From positions 1,088,001 to 1,152,000 of the forward strand of contig CAVSHR010000004.1 in NCBI GenBank assembly GCA_963727625.1: a stretch of 64,000 bases of DNA. Reading direction: 5' to 3'. Source of the stretch: an uncultured delta proteobacterium (GTDB lineage Bacteria > Desulfobacterota > Binatia > UBA9968). Below the pieces are notes generated by a model that saw nothing but the letters and a program-made list of their open reading frames with translations, made no database searches and had not been told where the DNA came from. The position numbers and the translations under genes are program-made. This document shows, piece by piece, positions 1 to 9,530 of this stretch (positions are counted from its first letter, which is position 1; each line of letters opens with the position of its first letter).

Positions 1-340
1 TCTTTACCTCGTCATAAAATTCATCAATTTCTCCGGCCGTGAGCTCGAACTCCAATTTGAAAACAGATTCCCCACTGGCGTGCTTGGATTGGAGAGAAAT
101 TGGATAGTCGCGCTCCCAATTATACCCTCCCAGATCGCGTCTTGGGGTTTGAACTCTACCACGACGAATTTTGTACACTCTCAAATCGCGTAGGACCTCG
201 AGGCCGGAGACAAGAGCCTTTAGGATATTGGATTTCCCCTCGTTGTTGGGACCGAGCAGCACCGTGGACTGCCGAATCGGAAGTCGATAGGCTCTAGTGA
301 TGCTCCTGTAATTGGTGACTGAAAAGGATACGAGTTTCAT
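1..340 (-). CDS. AAA/ABC-type ATPase, OLD-family ATP-dependent endonuclease-like (runs off the left edge; not in the ORF track)
   Basis: Manual translation from ATG at 340: MKLVSFSVTNYRSITRAYRLPIRQSTVLLGPNNEGKSNILKAL. It has the N-terminal NYRS motif and Walker A GPNNEGKS. The ATG overlaps the hsdS stop (ATGA, 337-340). Confidence 0.8.
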   Translation of the reverse strand, partial: MKLVSFSVTNYRSITRAYRLPIRQSTVLLGPNNEGKSNILKALVSGLEVLRDLRVYKIRRGRVQTPRRDLGGYNWERDYPISLQSKHASGESVFKLEFELTAGEIDEFYDEVK

Positions 341-462
341 AGAAAACCTCTGCTGAAGGGTAGTCTTTCGCTGAAGGCGCCTTGCAAAATCGACTGGTGG
401 AGGCGGGTGGCGCGCTGTAGGTTGGCGCTCACGACTTCTTCGAGTTCCTCCACAACACTTAA

Positions 463-1978
463 CCCTAAACCGACAATAATTTTGGCGTTCACGCGGCCGA
501 TTTGAGTTTGTCTTCGATGGATTCGATCCATTTTTGCACTGGTGGAGCTACCGAGAAACGCAGCACCGAGTAGCCTTGAGGTTTGACGATGCGTGCCGGT
601 TGATGAATCAGCTTAAAACGGATCGTTTTCAAACTATGGAGCAAATAACTGCAAGTTCGTTTGCGCGATCTGGGCTTGGGCGTAGCTAAAGTCTGGAGCT
701 GAAAGTTTCTCACCAGGTTGTGCCCCAACACCGAGATTTGCTGCCAGGCCGAGTTCGCTCCGTAGTGGCGGGTGGGCACCACATCCAAAGCCCATTGCCC
801 TTTGAGCTCGGCGAAGGTTTTCTCTTGGGCCCCCCGCCCCGCCATGAAATTCCATAACGCTGCAGCACCTAAATCGAGATTGGTAGTCACCGCGGAGTAC
901 TCAAAGTAGCCATCCTCTGGGTCGAACAGATCGAGCTGGTAGTTCTTCTTGCTCTGGTGGTGAACAGGTTTTCGGTAAACCACCACGCGCAGCGTCTTTT
1001 CCCAGGCCTCCACATACAGTGAGACTTCGAACCATCCCATGCCGTCTCCTAGTCGATGCCAGCGTTGACGCTCGCGGACGATCGGCACCAGGCCTAACCA
1101 TTTCATAAACGGCACTTTGATCGCGTAGCGCGCCTTTCTGCGCTCCAACAAATGGATAATCTCTCGCTGGAAAAACGCCCCGTCCATGCGAAACTCTAAC
1201 GGCAACGCCCTTCCCAGCCGTGCTCTGACATCGTCGATCAGCTCGCCTAAGAATGCCTGTGCACCTTTGGAGTCATGGACATTGCCGGGCCGATTCTTGA
1301 CTCGCAAGATGTGGCCGGTCTGGGCCAGATGGGCCAGGATCGGATAGTACGAAGGATTCTTGCGATGATGTGGATTAAATCCCCGAAACGCCCACGCCAC
1401 ACTGGCTCCGGTCGTAATCACACTGCCGTCGATATCCAAAGTCAGACGTGCCAACGACTGCTTCTCGATCGCCTCATAGACGATCTGGCTGTTGATCTCC
1501 ACCAACGCTCTGAGCGACTTGTGGGTAAACCGCTTGAGCCAGCGCGCCACGCTGCGCTCGCGCGGTAGGCGCAACAAGCCGCAAAACCGCTTCACCAACG
1601 GATCGTCGCAAACGTAGTTCAGATGATCGAGCCGGCGTCCGCCCACTAAAATCAAAACCACGATCACCAAGACCATGTCGATGCAGCGATAGTCTCCACC
1701 GATCTCGTATCGCCCAAACTCCCTGCTCACTCTACGTCCCAGGTCGATCAGCGCTATGTAGCGCCGCATCAACTCCAAACCGCCGAACGCCGTGATGTCT
1801 TGAGCCGCAAACTCGATCTTCAAAAAACTCTTGCACGATGAATAAAAATCCGCTCTATTCAATCTCACTTAGAGTGGCCTCCTTGCAGGACGATTCAGTC
1901 GGTGTGGTAACTGCTTTATCTCCCGCAACCGTAGGCCATTTCAAGTTCTATCTGCTCTCTTTTATTGTCGGATTAGGG
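463..1978 (-). mobile_element. IS1380-family insertion sequence
   Basis: 17-bp terminal inverted repeats CCCTAAACCGACAATAA (463-479) and TTATTGTCGGATTAGGG (1962-1978), one mismatch. TTAA target duplication at 459-462 and 1979-1982. Confidence 0.92.
489..1868 (-). CDS. IS1380-family DDE transposase
   Basis: 459 aa with motifs TAFGGL, LDIDGS, YYPILAH, RPGNVH, RMDGAF and RGAQEKTFAELK. Confidence 0.92.
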   Translation of the reverse strand: MRLNRADFYSSCKSFLKIEFAAQDITAFGGLELMRRYIALIDLGRRVSREFGRYEIGGDYRCIDMVLVIVVLILVGGRRLDHLNYVCDDPLVKRFCGLLRLPRERSVARWLKRFTHKSLRALVEINSQIVYEAIEKQSLARLTLDIDGSVITTGASVAWAFRGFNPHHRKNPSYYPILAHLAQTGHILRVKNRPGNVHDSKGAQAFLGELIDDVRARLGRALPLEFRMDGAFFQREIIHLLERRKARYAIKVPFMKWLGLVPIVRERQRWHRLGDGMGWFEVSLYVEAWEKTLRVVVYRKPVHHQSKKNYQLDLFDPEDGYFEYSAVTTNLDLGAAALWNFMAGRGAQEKTFAELKGQWALDVVPTRHYGANSAWQQISVLGHNLVRNFQLQTLATPKPRSRKRTCSYLLHSLKTIRFKLIHQPARIVKPQGYSVLRFSVAPPVQKWIESIEDKLKSAA

Positions 1979-2600
1979 TTAATAGGCGCTCGACTTCGGG
2001 AACAATCCGTTTCTGCTCAACGTTCGGCGGAACTGGAACCGGAAGCCTCCGGAAGTCTTCGACATTGACACCTCGAAGTGCCACGCCTCGCGTTTCTCCG
2101 CTGAGCCAACGTTGGCAAAGATCCGATCGAATCGCCCAGACAACGTAATTTCTGACGACATCCTTCGCAATTGGCGCACGCATTACGTGCTGCGTAATGT
2201 TTCCCCCGGCTAGTTCTGGTGGAACAACAGCCACGCGACCAATCGTTCCGTCTTTCGAAATTAAAATATCCCCACTTGCCAGTGTTGCGCGAGCGAACTT
2301 TGCAGCGCGTTCTTTAGAGGTTCGACGAAGATTAGAAATATCAATTCGTCCATCTTTCATCTCAGTGACTCTGACGTACGGGACACCACCATTTATGTGG
2401 GGGCCTGGCTTAATGATTCCATAAATTATGGGCCGATTTGCTTGCCCGATTTGCTCCAGCGTTGCCCACGCCCACCCCCCCGGCAGCGACGGCAGATTCG
2501 ATGTATCCGGTTTCTGCGGCTCTTTGTACTTCCCCTTCCCAGTCCATTTCTGGCGCCGCTCGTCAAGGATGCGGTCGAGAAGTTGGGCGCCGGTTTCGTA

Positions 2601-2885
2601 GCCTGCCTGCCGCGCCCGCCCCGCCGCTATCTCGCGCCGAATCCATTTTCGGCCAAACCCAGTCTTAAGCCATTTTTCCCTTGCGACACCTTCTTCTCGC
2701 GATGTGTATTCTTCGTAATGAACGATCGACACTGGCTTGTGTTGGCTTGTCCAATCTGCGGCCTGCCCGGCTAAGTGCTCTTTCCAACGCTTTTGAAGAT
2801 CCTGGGTTTGGCCGATGTAAACGCTGTCGTTGTCACATCGAATGGCATAGACAAAGAAGACCCCGGGGCGCGGCGCAGGCAGGGT
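2601..2885 (-). mobile_element. GIY-YIG nuclease module inserted in frame in hsdS
   Basis: 95 codons (FFVYAIRCDNDSVYIGQTQDLQKRWKEH...AREKWLKTGFGR) between HsdS ELARQEGR and YETGAQLL. Bounded by the inverted repeat CCTGCCTGCCG (2602-2612) / CGGCGCAGGCAGG (2871-2883). Confidence 0.8.
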
Positions 2886-3579
2886 GCGGCCTTCTTGGCG
2901 GGCGAGTTCGGCTTCGGTGGGGACGAGTTTGCCTTCGCAGGCGGCTTTGAGGACGGCGGCGCGGTAGCGTTTGAGGTTGGCCTGCACGCGCCGCAAGCCC
3001 GCGACTCCCGCCTCCAGCCGCGTGAATTGCTTCTCGATCTCCGCGACGATCTGGTGACTGTTACGTCAGGAGGCGAATCGGAACCTGCAAGTGCCTCAAT
3101 TCTTGTGCGCTAACGTTTTGCCGCGCGAACGCCGTTACCGAGACGATACTGCAAGAATTGCCGATCAGCAGAGCGGAGAACAAGTGCCCACGCAAAATAT
3201 CGGAGAGGCAATTCTCGGCTTAAGCAGCAACGAAGCCCGGATTCGATGATTTTGTGAGTCGGTTCTGCCTCAATCAGGCGGACCGAGAGCAACTTTCCCA
3301 TAGTGAGCCAGACATCCCGATGAGAAAGAATCACCCTCGCTGGGCCACGAAGTATCGGCAACTCTTATATAAAACGATGCGGCGACACGATTCGCGCGGC
3401 AACGTCATACATCGTCCTACATCCCAGGTCGGACTGCCTTATTAGGGGACACCTTCTGGCCTGTAATCACTGCTCTTAAACGCGTAGCCATTCCGGACTT
3501 TGAGAATGGCGCTCCGCAACAGCGATCTTGTCAAGAGGTTGCCCACCGCTTGGCAATCGCGGACTATCAGACATCTCAC

Positions 3580-6500
3580 TCACGCTGCCAACACCTCGTT
3601 GAGTTCATCGAGCAACTTCGGAAGTTCGTCACCAAACAATTGATGTGCTTTTCCCAATCCTCCCCGCTGGCTGAAGGGCGCGTAGTTGAAATCGTTTGGC
3701 TCAATGCTGATCGCAGTTGCGATATGGTCGCGGATAAGTTCCAGCCAGGCCAACTGCTCCGGCGTAAATGTTAAAGTAGCAGAGGCGTCTCGCCTCTGTG
3801 TTTCCTCCGACGCCGGAGCAGACGCACTTCGCGTGCGCTGTTCGTCCGAAATAGTGGCAGAGCCGTCTCGGCTCTGTTCTTCGTCCGATCCCAGCGGCGG
3901 GACGCCGCTGCCACTTTGTTTCCTTACCAGCCACTGCTTAAACCCTTGATTGACCGTTTGGGCGAAACGGCTCAAGAACCTGCTCGCGTTCGAGCGCGAA
4001 GCGGACGAGGGAGACGAGGTCGGCGAAGCGGCCGGCTTGGGAACGGCCTTTGACCTTCTTCGGCGCGACGGCGGCGAAGGCGTCCCAGAGGCGGTCTTCG
4101 GTCCAGGCGGCGTGCTGTTCGCGGAGTTTTTTCTCCAGCTCCTTGAGCATCGGTTCGGTGAGGCGGTGACGGTACGGGCGGCTGTAAAGAAGCTGCAGCG
4201 CGGTGATCTCCGCTTTGTGCTTTTCGATGTAGTCGCGGAACGACTTCGTCAATTCATCGGCGTTTTGCGTCGTCTGCTGACTCGCGCCGGCGAAGAGCAC
4301 GCGGTCGCGGGTGATCACGTCGATCACCTGCTCGCTGGTCTGGTGGACCTTTATCAATAGCTGGCGCAGCGCGGGATTGCCCGCCAGCGGCGCGACAGCT
4401 TCCTTTGCCAAAGTGGCAGCGGCGTCCCGCCGCTGCTTCTCCGTGGGCTCAAGATAGCTGGGGTTCTCAGCGCCCCGGTGTGCGCGGATATATTCGCGGA
4501 ACTTTTCCATACTGGCTGGGCTTCGGACGATGTGGTCGAAAGATTCCTTTTGCCAGACCGCGATGGCTTTCTCGGACGGAGGCGGGACGCCTCCGCCACT
4601 CTCTTCGGATGCGGATTTTAAAGTGGCAGAGGCGTCTCGCCTCTGATTCTGGAATTCAGTCAAGCGGCGGGACGCCGCTTCCACTTTTAAGATTTCATGC
4701 GCCGTGAAGGACTTCCAAGAATGGAGGATTTCAGACAACCGATGGTCGCCCAATGGGGAGACCAGGACGTGAACATGATTGGACGCCACGGCAAATTCAT
4801 CCAGCTGGTAGCGATCGCCGTCAAAGTGCCGGAGAGCGTTTTCCATTAACTGTTTCACTTCCGGCAGAGCTAAAACGCAAGAACCGGTTCCGGCATCGAG
4901 CCACTGCTGAATGCGTTGGGGAAAGCGCTCGTAATATTCCATTCGCGCCACCGCGTCATGGGGCTCCGGGTGTTGGGCAAGCCACTGGTCTCTTTCCGTT
5001 CTCCATTCCGCAAGCTTTTCTAGCGGCAGCGAATCGGCGAGCCGAAAGGTCACAAAGTAAGTCGCGCCGTCCTGCCGCCAGTGCGGCAGATCACCCGTTA
5101 GGAACGCCACGGGTTCATTGGGATCAAAGTAATTGAGAGTGGCAGCGGCGTCCCGCCGCTGTTGTTCGAGAACCAAGAGGCGGGACGCCGCTGCCACTTT
5201 GTCCGGATTCACTGCTCCGAGAAGCTGCTGCGCGATCTCGCAGAGGGTCTGGCCCTGGGCCGTGGTCCGGACTTCCTTTGCGAGCGCTTCGTCGAAGCGT
5301 TTCTCCAACCGAACCAGCCGTCCGGCGAGGCTTTCGAGCACTTCGGGCTCACGATTGCCGAGGGCGACGGCGTCAAGCAGCTTGTCGAAGCTCACCGTGC
5401 GCTTGGTCTCCAGCGGGCGGGAATCGGTCAGGTCCTGCTCGCAGACACCAACGGCGTCGATGATGACAAAGCGGTTCTTGCGCTTGATGCCGGGATTGAC
5501 CTGTTCCATTTCCGTTTCCGATATTACCCGTACTCCCCTGCCCTTCATCTGCTCGAAAAAGCCGCGCGACTTGACCGAGCGCATGAAAAAGACGATCTCC
5601 AGCGGCTTTACGTCGGTGCCGGTGGCGATCATGTCGACGGTGACGGCGATGCGCGGGTTGTAGCTGTTGCGAAAGGCCTGAAGAATCTGATCCGGAGAGA
5701 GATTGGACACTTTCTTCCAGACGACTTCTTCTATTTCTTTTCCATCGGCTCCGGTTTTCTTCTCGACATCGCGCACGAAGCCGGTGCGGTAGGTTATTTT
5801 CTGGCAGAAGTCGTTGCCTTTGTCGAAGACCTCCCGGCAGATGCGCACGATATCGTCGGCATGGGAGTCGTCCTTGGCGAAGATCAGCGTCTTGGGCACC
5901 TGATAGCGGCCCGGAAAGATCTCCGTGAAAAGTTTATCGCGAAAGGTCTGTAGCACCGTGCGAATCTGATCCTCGGCGACCACGGCGCGGTCGAGCTGAG
6001 CGGCGTCGTACCGGAAGTCTTCGTCGAGTTGCTCCCAGCGTTTCTTGCGCGTCTGGCGGTCGCGCTTGTCGACATAGAACCCGGCGTCGATCTTGGCGCC
6101 TTGAGAGGTGACCTCGGTCTGGATGCGATAGACGTCGTAATTGACGTTGACGCCGTCGGCCACCGCCCGCTCGTGGTTGTATTCCATGACCAGATTCTGA
6201 TTGAAAAAGCCGAAGGTCTGCTTGGACGGCGTCGCAGTAAGGCCGATCAGATGGGCGTCGAAATACTCCAGCACCTGGCGCCAGAGGTTGTAGATCGAAC
6301 GGTGGCACTCGTCGGTGATGATGATGTCGAAGGTGTCGATGGGGAAGGCCGGGTTATATTCGATCGGCGGGGCTTCTTTGAAGAGCGATTCCAAGCCCTG
6401 GACCGAGCGCTCGTCGGCTTCCTCGTCGAGCTCCTGCCCTTTGAGCATGGAATAAAGCCGCTGGATGGTGCCGATGCAAACTCGGGCGCTGGTATCGAGC

Positions 6501-7297
6501 GTGTTCGAAGCCAAGCGCTGGATGATGTACTCCTCGTGGAACTTATAGTTGTTGTAGGGCGACACGTATTGCTGAAACTCTTTGAGCGTCTGCTTGCCCA
6601 GGTTGCCGCGATCGACCAGGAAGAGAATGCGCTTGGCGCCGGCGAACTTGATCAGCCGGTAGCTCAAGACAATCGCGAGCAGCGTCTTGCCGGAGCCGGT
6701 GGCCATCTGCACCAGCGCGCGCGGCCGGTTGTCGCGCAGCGACTGCTCGATGTTCATGATTGCCTGGGGCTTGGGCGGCCAGATGTCGTCGATCAGCGGC
6801 GGCATGTGCTGGATGCGGCTTAAGAAGTTACCGCTGCGTCCGGCGTAATCGGCGATCGTTTCGACCGGCTCGGGCGACGCGTAGTTTTCCACCCAGCCGA
6901 GCAGAGCGTCAGGACGGTGATACGCGAACACGTTGCGGCTCCGCGGTACGGGATCGAGACGGTTGGTGAAGCGCGTCTCGGTGCCGGTGGACTCGTAGCT
7001 GAACGGCAGCGGCGCGCGCCAGGCGGGGATGCCGAACGGCACGCCTTTAACGTACTTCTCTGACTGCTCCTCGACGCCGGTAAGCGAATGGCCGGCGGGT
7101 TTGGCTTCGATGGTACCGATCGCTTTGCCGTCGACGAACAGCGTGTAATCGGGCTCGCCGGTCTTAAACGTCAGCTCGCGCACGGCAACGCCGCGCGACG
7201 CGGCGAGATTGACGCCGTTCTTGTCCTGGACAACCCAACCGCAAGAGCCGATTAACGCGTCGATTTCTATTCGGGCTAGTTCCTCGGGATCGGGCAT
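3580..7297 (-). CDS. hsdR: Type I restriction subunit HsdR (EcoEI-like) with an internal RAYT domain; one frameshift near 3965 separates the C-terminus (3580-3975 frame)
   Basis: Nuclease motif PDYTLFVDGKAIGTIEAK, helicase motifs MATGSGKT, DECHRS, LTATP, TGTDV and QMKGRG, and C-terminus FTPEQLAWLELIRDHIA...FSQRGGLGKA. LEPF-AQTV is broken by one extra T (real change or homopolymer error). Confidence 0.9.
3776..5197. repeat. Nine REP palindromes, consensus GT(G/A)GCAG(C/A)GGCGTC(C/T)CGCC(G/T)CTG, several as inverted doublets
   Basis: Copies at 3776-3798, 3854-3876, 3892-3914 (rev), 4413-4435, 4577-4599 (rev), 4623-4645, 4662-4684 (rev), 5139-5161 and 5175-5197 (rev). Each has a GTAG/GTGG tetranucleotide followed by a hairpin. 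Confidence 0.9.
4470..5138 (-). mobile_element. REP-associated tyrosine transposase (RAYT / Y1 HUH) domain, in frame inside hsdR
   Basis: Motifs LPHWRQDGATYFVTFRLADSLP, HUH motif NHVHVL, ILHSWKSFTA, and WQKESFDHIVR...EYI with the putative catalytic Tyr. Confidence 0.88.
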
Positions 7298-7427
7298 GGT
7301 TACCGAAGAAGATTTAACGAGCCAACAGTTCTGCTTTAGCTAAGATGGCTTAACCAGTGTAATTTTTTCATAGATTACTGCATCGGGCGGGTTTCGGCCA
7401 AGGGCGATATTTAAAGGAAAACAAATA

Positions 7428-7788
7428 GGCATGAGGCGCGAGGCAACAGGCGTGAGACGGAGAAGAGTCGGATGAAATTGAAATACAAAAACCGCGATCG
7501 TGGCTCGGCGTCGTAATCCGCAAACCCGCCGTAATGGGATCGTATTCTAAGGACGACCGGTCCGATTGTCCAAGATGAAATTCCTATATCACTGTTATTG
7601 GTTATTCTTATATCACTCGGCCGCGGACAGCACTGCGACAATTGATCTCACGACCGGTTGAAGTCGTTCGAAACGTTCCATCGCCGCGGTCCCGGCGCCG
7701 CTTCACGGTTCAATGTTCAAAGGGTCCAAGGACCAGCTTCGTCGGGGAACTTCCACGTTTCGAGAATTCTCGAAGTGTCGAAATGACG
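7428..7788. repeat. ~360-bp repeated non-coding module, copy 1
   Basis: Highly similar to 9249-9530 plus 10850-10930. Shared blocks include GTGAGACGGAGAAGAGTCGGATGAAATTGAAATACAAAA and CCGGTCCGATTGTCCAAGATGAAATTCCTATATCACTGTTATTGG. Confidence 0.9.
7544..7572 (-). promoter_or_regulatory. Putative sigma-70 promoter inside repeat copy 1, pointing toward hsdR
   Basis: TGGACA-17 nt-TAGAAT with an AT-rich upstream tract. Conserved in copy 2 (9357-9386, 18-nt spacer). Confidence 0.55.
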
Positions 7789-8038
7789 TCAAATCCGCTC
7801 GCGCGATATTTGTCAGTCACCACTGCGACGGCTTGTTGAAAGTGCCATGCTCGTCTTTAACAGTCGTCGGAAGCTGCCTGGCGGCGAGAACGCCTGGGCG
7901 GATGTGCTTATAAAAGAACCCGTTCCAGTCGTTCAATCCCCCGGATCGAGTCCTTGGTCCGTTCAAATCGTTCCGGAGTGTGCACCAACGGGGGAGGCCG
8001 CACGTTTCGAGAATTCTCAAAACGTCAAAATGCCGAAG

Positions 8039-8299
8039 CTACTTCTCTAGACCAAGTCGCCGGCGAAGTTCGGCAGCTGGAACGGCACCTTCTTTTTTTA
8101 ACCGTGCCCTGGAGCGTTTAATGATTTTTAAAAACTTGCGGTTGGTGCTGAGAGCCACAGTTTCTTCATCGACGTTTCGGATGGGTACGACCGCGGCGAA
8201 CGGCTTGCCCTGCTTAACAACAATCACCGGGTCTTTTCTCGCCTTTTCGGCGTATTCCGACAGCGGTGCTGTGGCTTTTTTGAGTTCGACCCTTGTCAT
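8039..8299 (-). CDS. Phd/YefM-type antitoxin
   Basis: 86 aa with the Phd-like N-terminus LSEYAEKARKDPVIVVKQGKPFAAVV; overlaps the toxin stop. Confidence 0.75.
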   Translation of the reverse strand: MTRVELKKATAPLSEYAEKARKDPVIVVKQGKPFAAVVPIRNVDEETVALSTNRKFLKIIKRSRARLKKEGAVPAAELRRRLGLEK

Positions 8300-8595
8300 A
8301 GCTTGATTCCTTCTCCCCCAATTCGGACTCGCTCTCTTTCCTTGACGCCAACCGCCAGAATGGTCACTGTTGGAAGAGATTCGTCGCTCACTTCATAATA
8401 CACTCTCAACTCGCCAATGCGAAGTTCCCACGGTGCTATCGGGTTGGGCCGCATTGGCTTTCTGTTTCGCGTCTCTACCGCAGGCTGACTAAGCAATTGT
8501 CGATCAACGGTGTCGAGTACAATTCTTTACTGACGCGCCGTGAGCCCCCGCAGGTGATCCTCCGCCTCTGGAGAGTATTGGATGATGTAGGCCAA
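8296..8595 (-). pseudogene. RelE/ParE-family toxin with an internal nonsense codon
   Basis: TTG start at 8595 gives MAYIIQYSPEAEDHLRGLTARQ*RIVLDTVDRQL...PWELRIGELRVYYEV...AVGVKER. In-frame TAA at 8527-8529. Confidence 0.8.
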
Positions 8596-8621
8596 TCTAT
8601 TTCCTATTGAAATGTTTCCGC

Positions 8622-8650
8622 AATCTAATGGATTGCCCAGGGTTGGGCAA
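8622..8650 (-). promoter_or_regulatory. Promoter/operator of TA cassette 1
   Basis: TTGCCC-17-TAGATT, with inverted repeat TTGCCC/GGGCAA overlapping the -35. Confidence 0.5.
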
Positions 8651-9530
8651 GGAGGCGCGGGAATAGCAACGTCATGGTCGTGGGGAAAGGGTCGTGAGCG
8701 GGTTTACGAAGGATAAAGTATAAAACTAAAAAGACGCGAGTGTGATCGTGGCTCAGCGGCCGGAGATTGGGATCGGCGGGAGAGCGTCTGGATGACGCGG
8801 TTGCTCATCGGGGACTGCTTCGTTTCAGACGTTCAAGGAGCCTGTCCTGAGTTTATCGAAGGGTTCAATCGCTGCGCTGCGTTCAAATCGTTTCCGGATA
8901 GGTGTCGGGCACCGACAAATGGGCAAGAGTGGGTTACAGCCGGCGACGTGACTGGGGAAAAGGTCGTGATCGTGGCTCGGTGAAAAGCAGTGGGCGGCTT
9001 CCCCCGCCTTTCTATGGCCATCTTACTCTCACTTATCCCGTGTTCCGAATCTGGTGGGACGCGACAGGAGCACTAACGTGGTCCTGTTCGTGATTCGTGG
9101 TGGGGACGAAAAACCGTGTTCGCGAACGAGAGAAGGGCCGTGCGTGTGGCTCGTGACCTCGTAAGAAACTACCGGGATCGTCATTCGTGGACGTGCGGGG
9201 GAAACTTCCACGTTTCGGGAATTCTCGAAACGTCGAAATGTCAGAGCAGGCATGAGCAACAGGCGTGAGACGGAGAAGAGTCGGATGAAATTGAAATACA
9301 AAATCCGTGGACGGGACTCGGCCTCGTGATCAGTAAACCGACCGTAATCGGACTGCATTCTAAGGGACCACCGGTCCGATTGTCCAAGATGAAATTCCTA
9401 TATCACTGTTATTGGTTTTTCTCATATCACTCTGCCGAGGACAGCGCCGTGATGATTGGACTCACGACCGGTTGAAGTCGTTCGAAACGTTTCATCGCCG
9501 CGTTCCCGGCGCCGCTTCAAGGTTCAATGT

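Larger units (their letters stand above)
337..3574 (-). pseudogene. hsdS: Type I R-M specificity subunit HsdS, disrupted (IS1380 insertion, frameshifted TRD1, in-frame GIY-YIG insert)
   Basis: HsdS motifs IVAEIEKQFTRLEAG, LKRYRAAVLKAACEGKL, LPSLPGGWAWATL and EQKRIVPEVERLL. Removing the IS rejoins VERLL|SVVEELE...LHQSILQGAFS. TRD1 remnants VRNGYAFKSSDY, GVP-IRQSDL and LIGMSGS lie in shifting frames at 3060-3574. Confidence 0.85.

Noticed and set aside
4470-5197. Intein in HsdR
   Set aside because: No Cys/Ser N-terminal block or His-Asn C-terminal motif; the insert is HUH/RAYT-like.
8527-8529. Recoded stop in the RelE-like gene
   Set aside because: The codon is TAA, not TGA/TAG, and is not at a catalytic Cys position.
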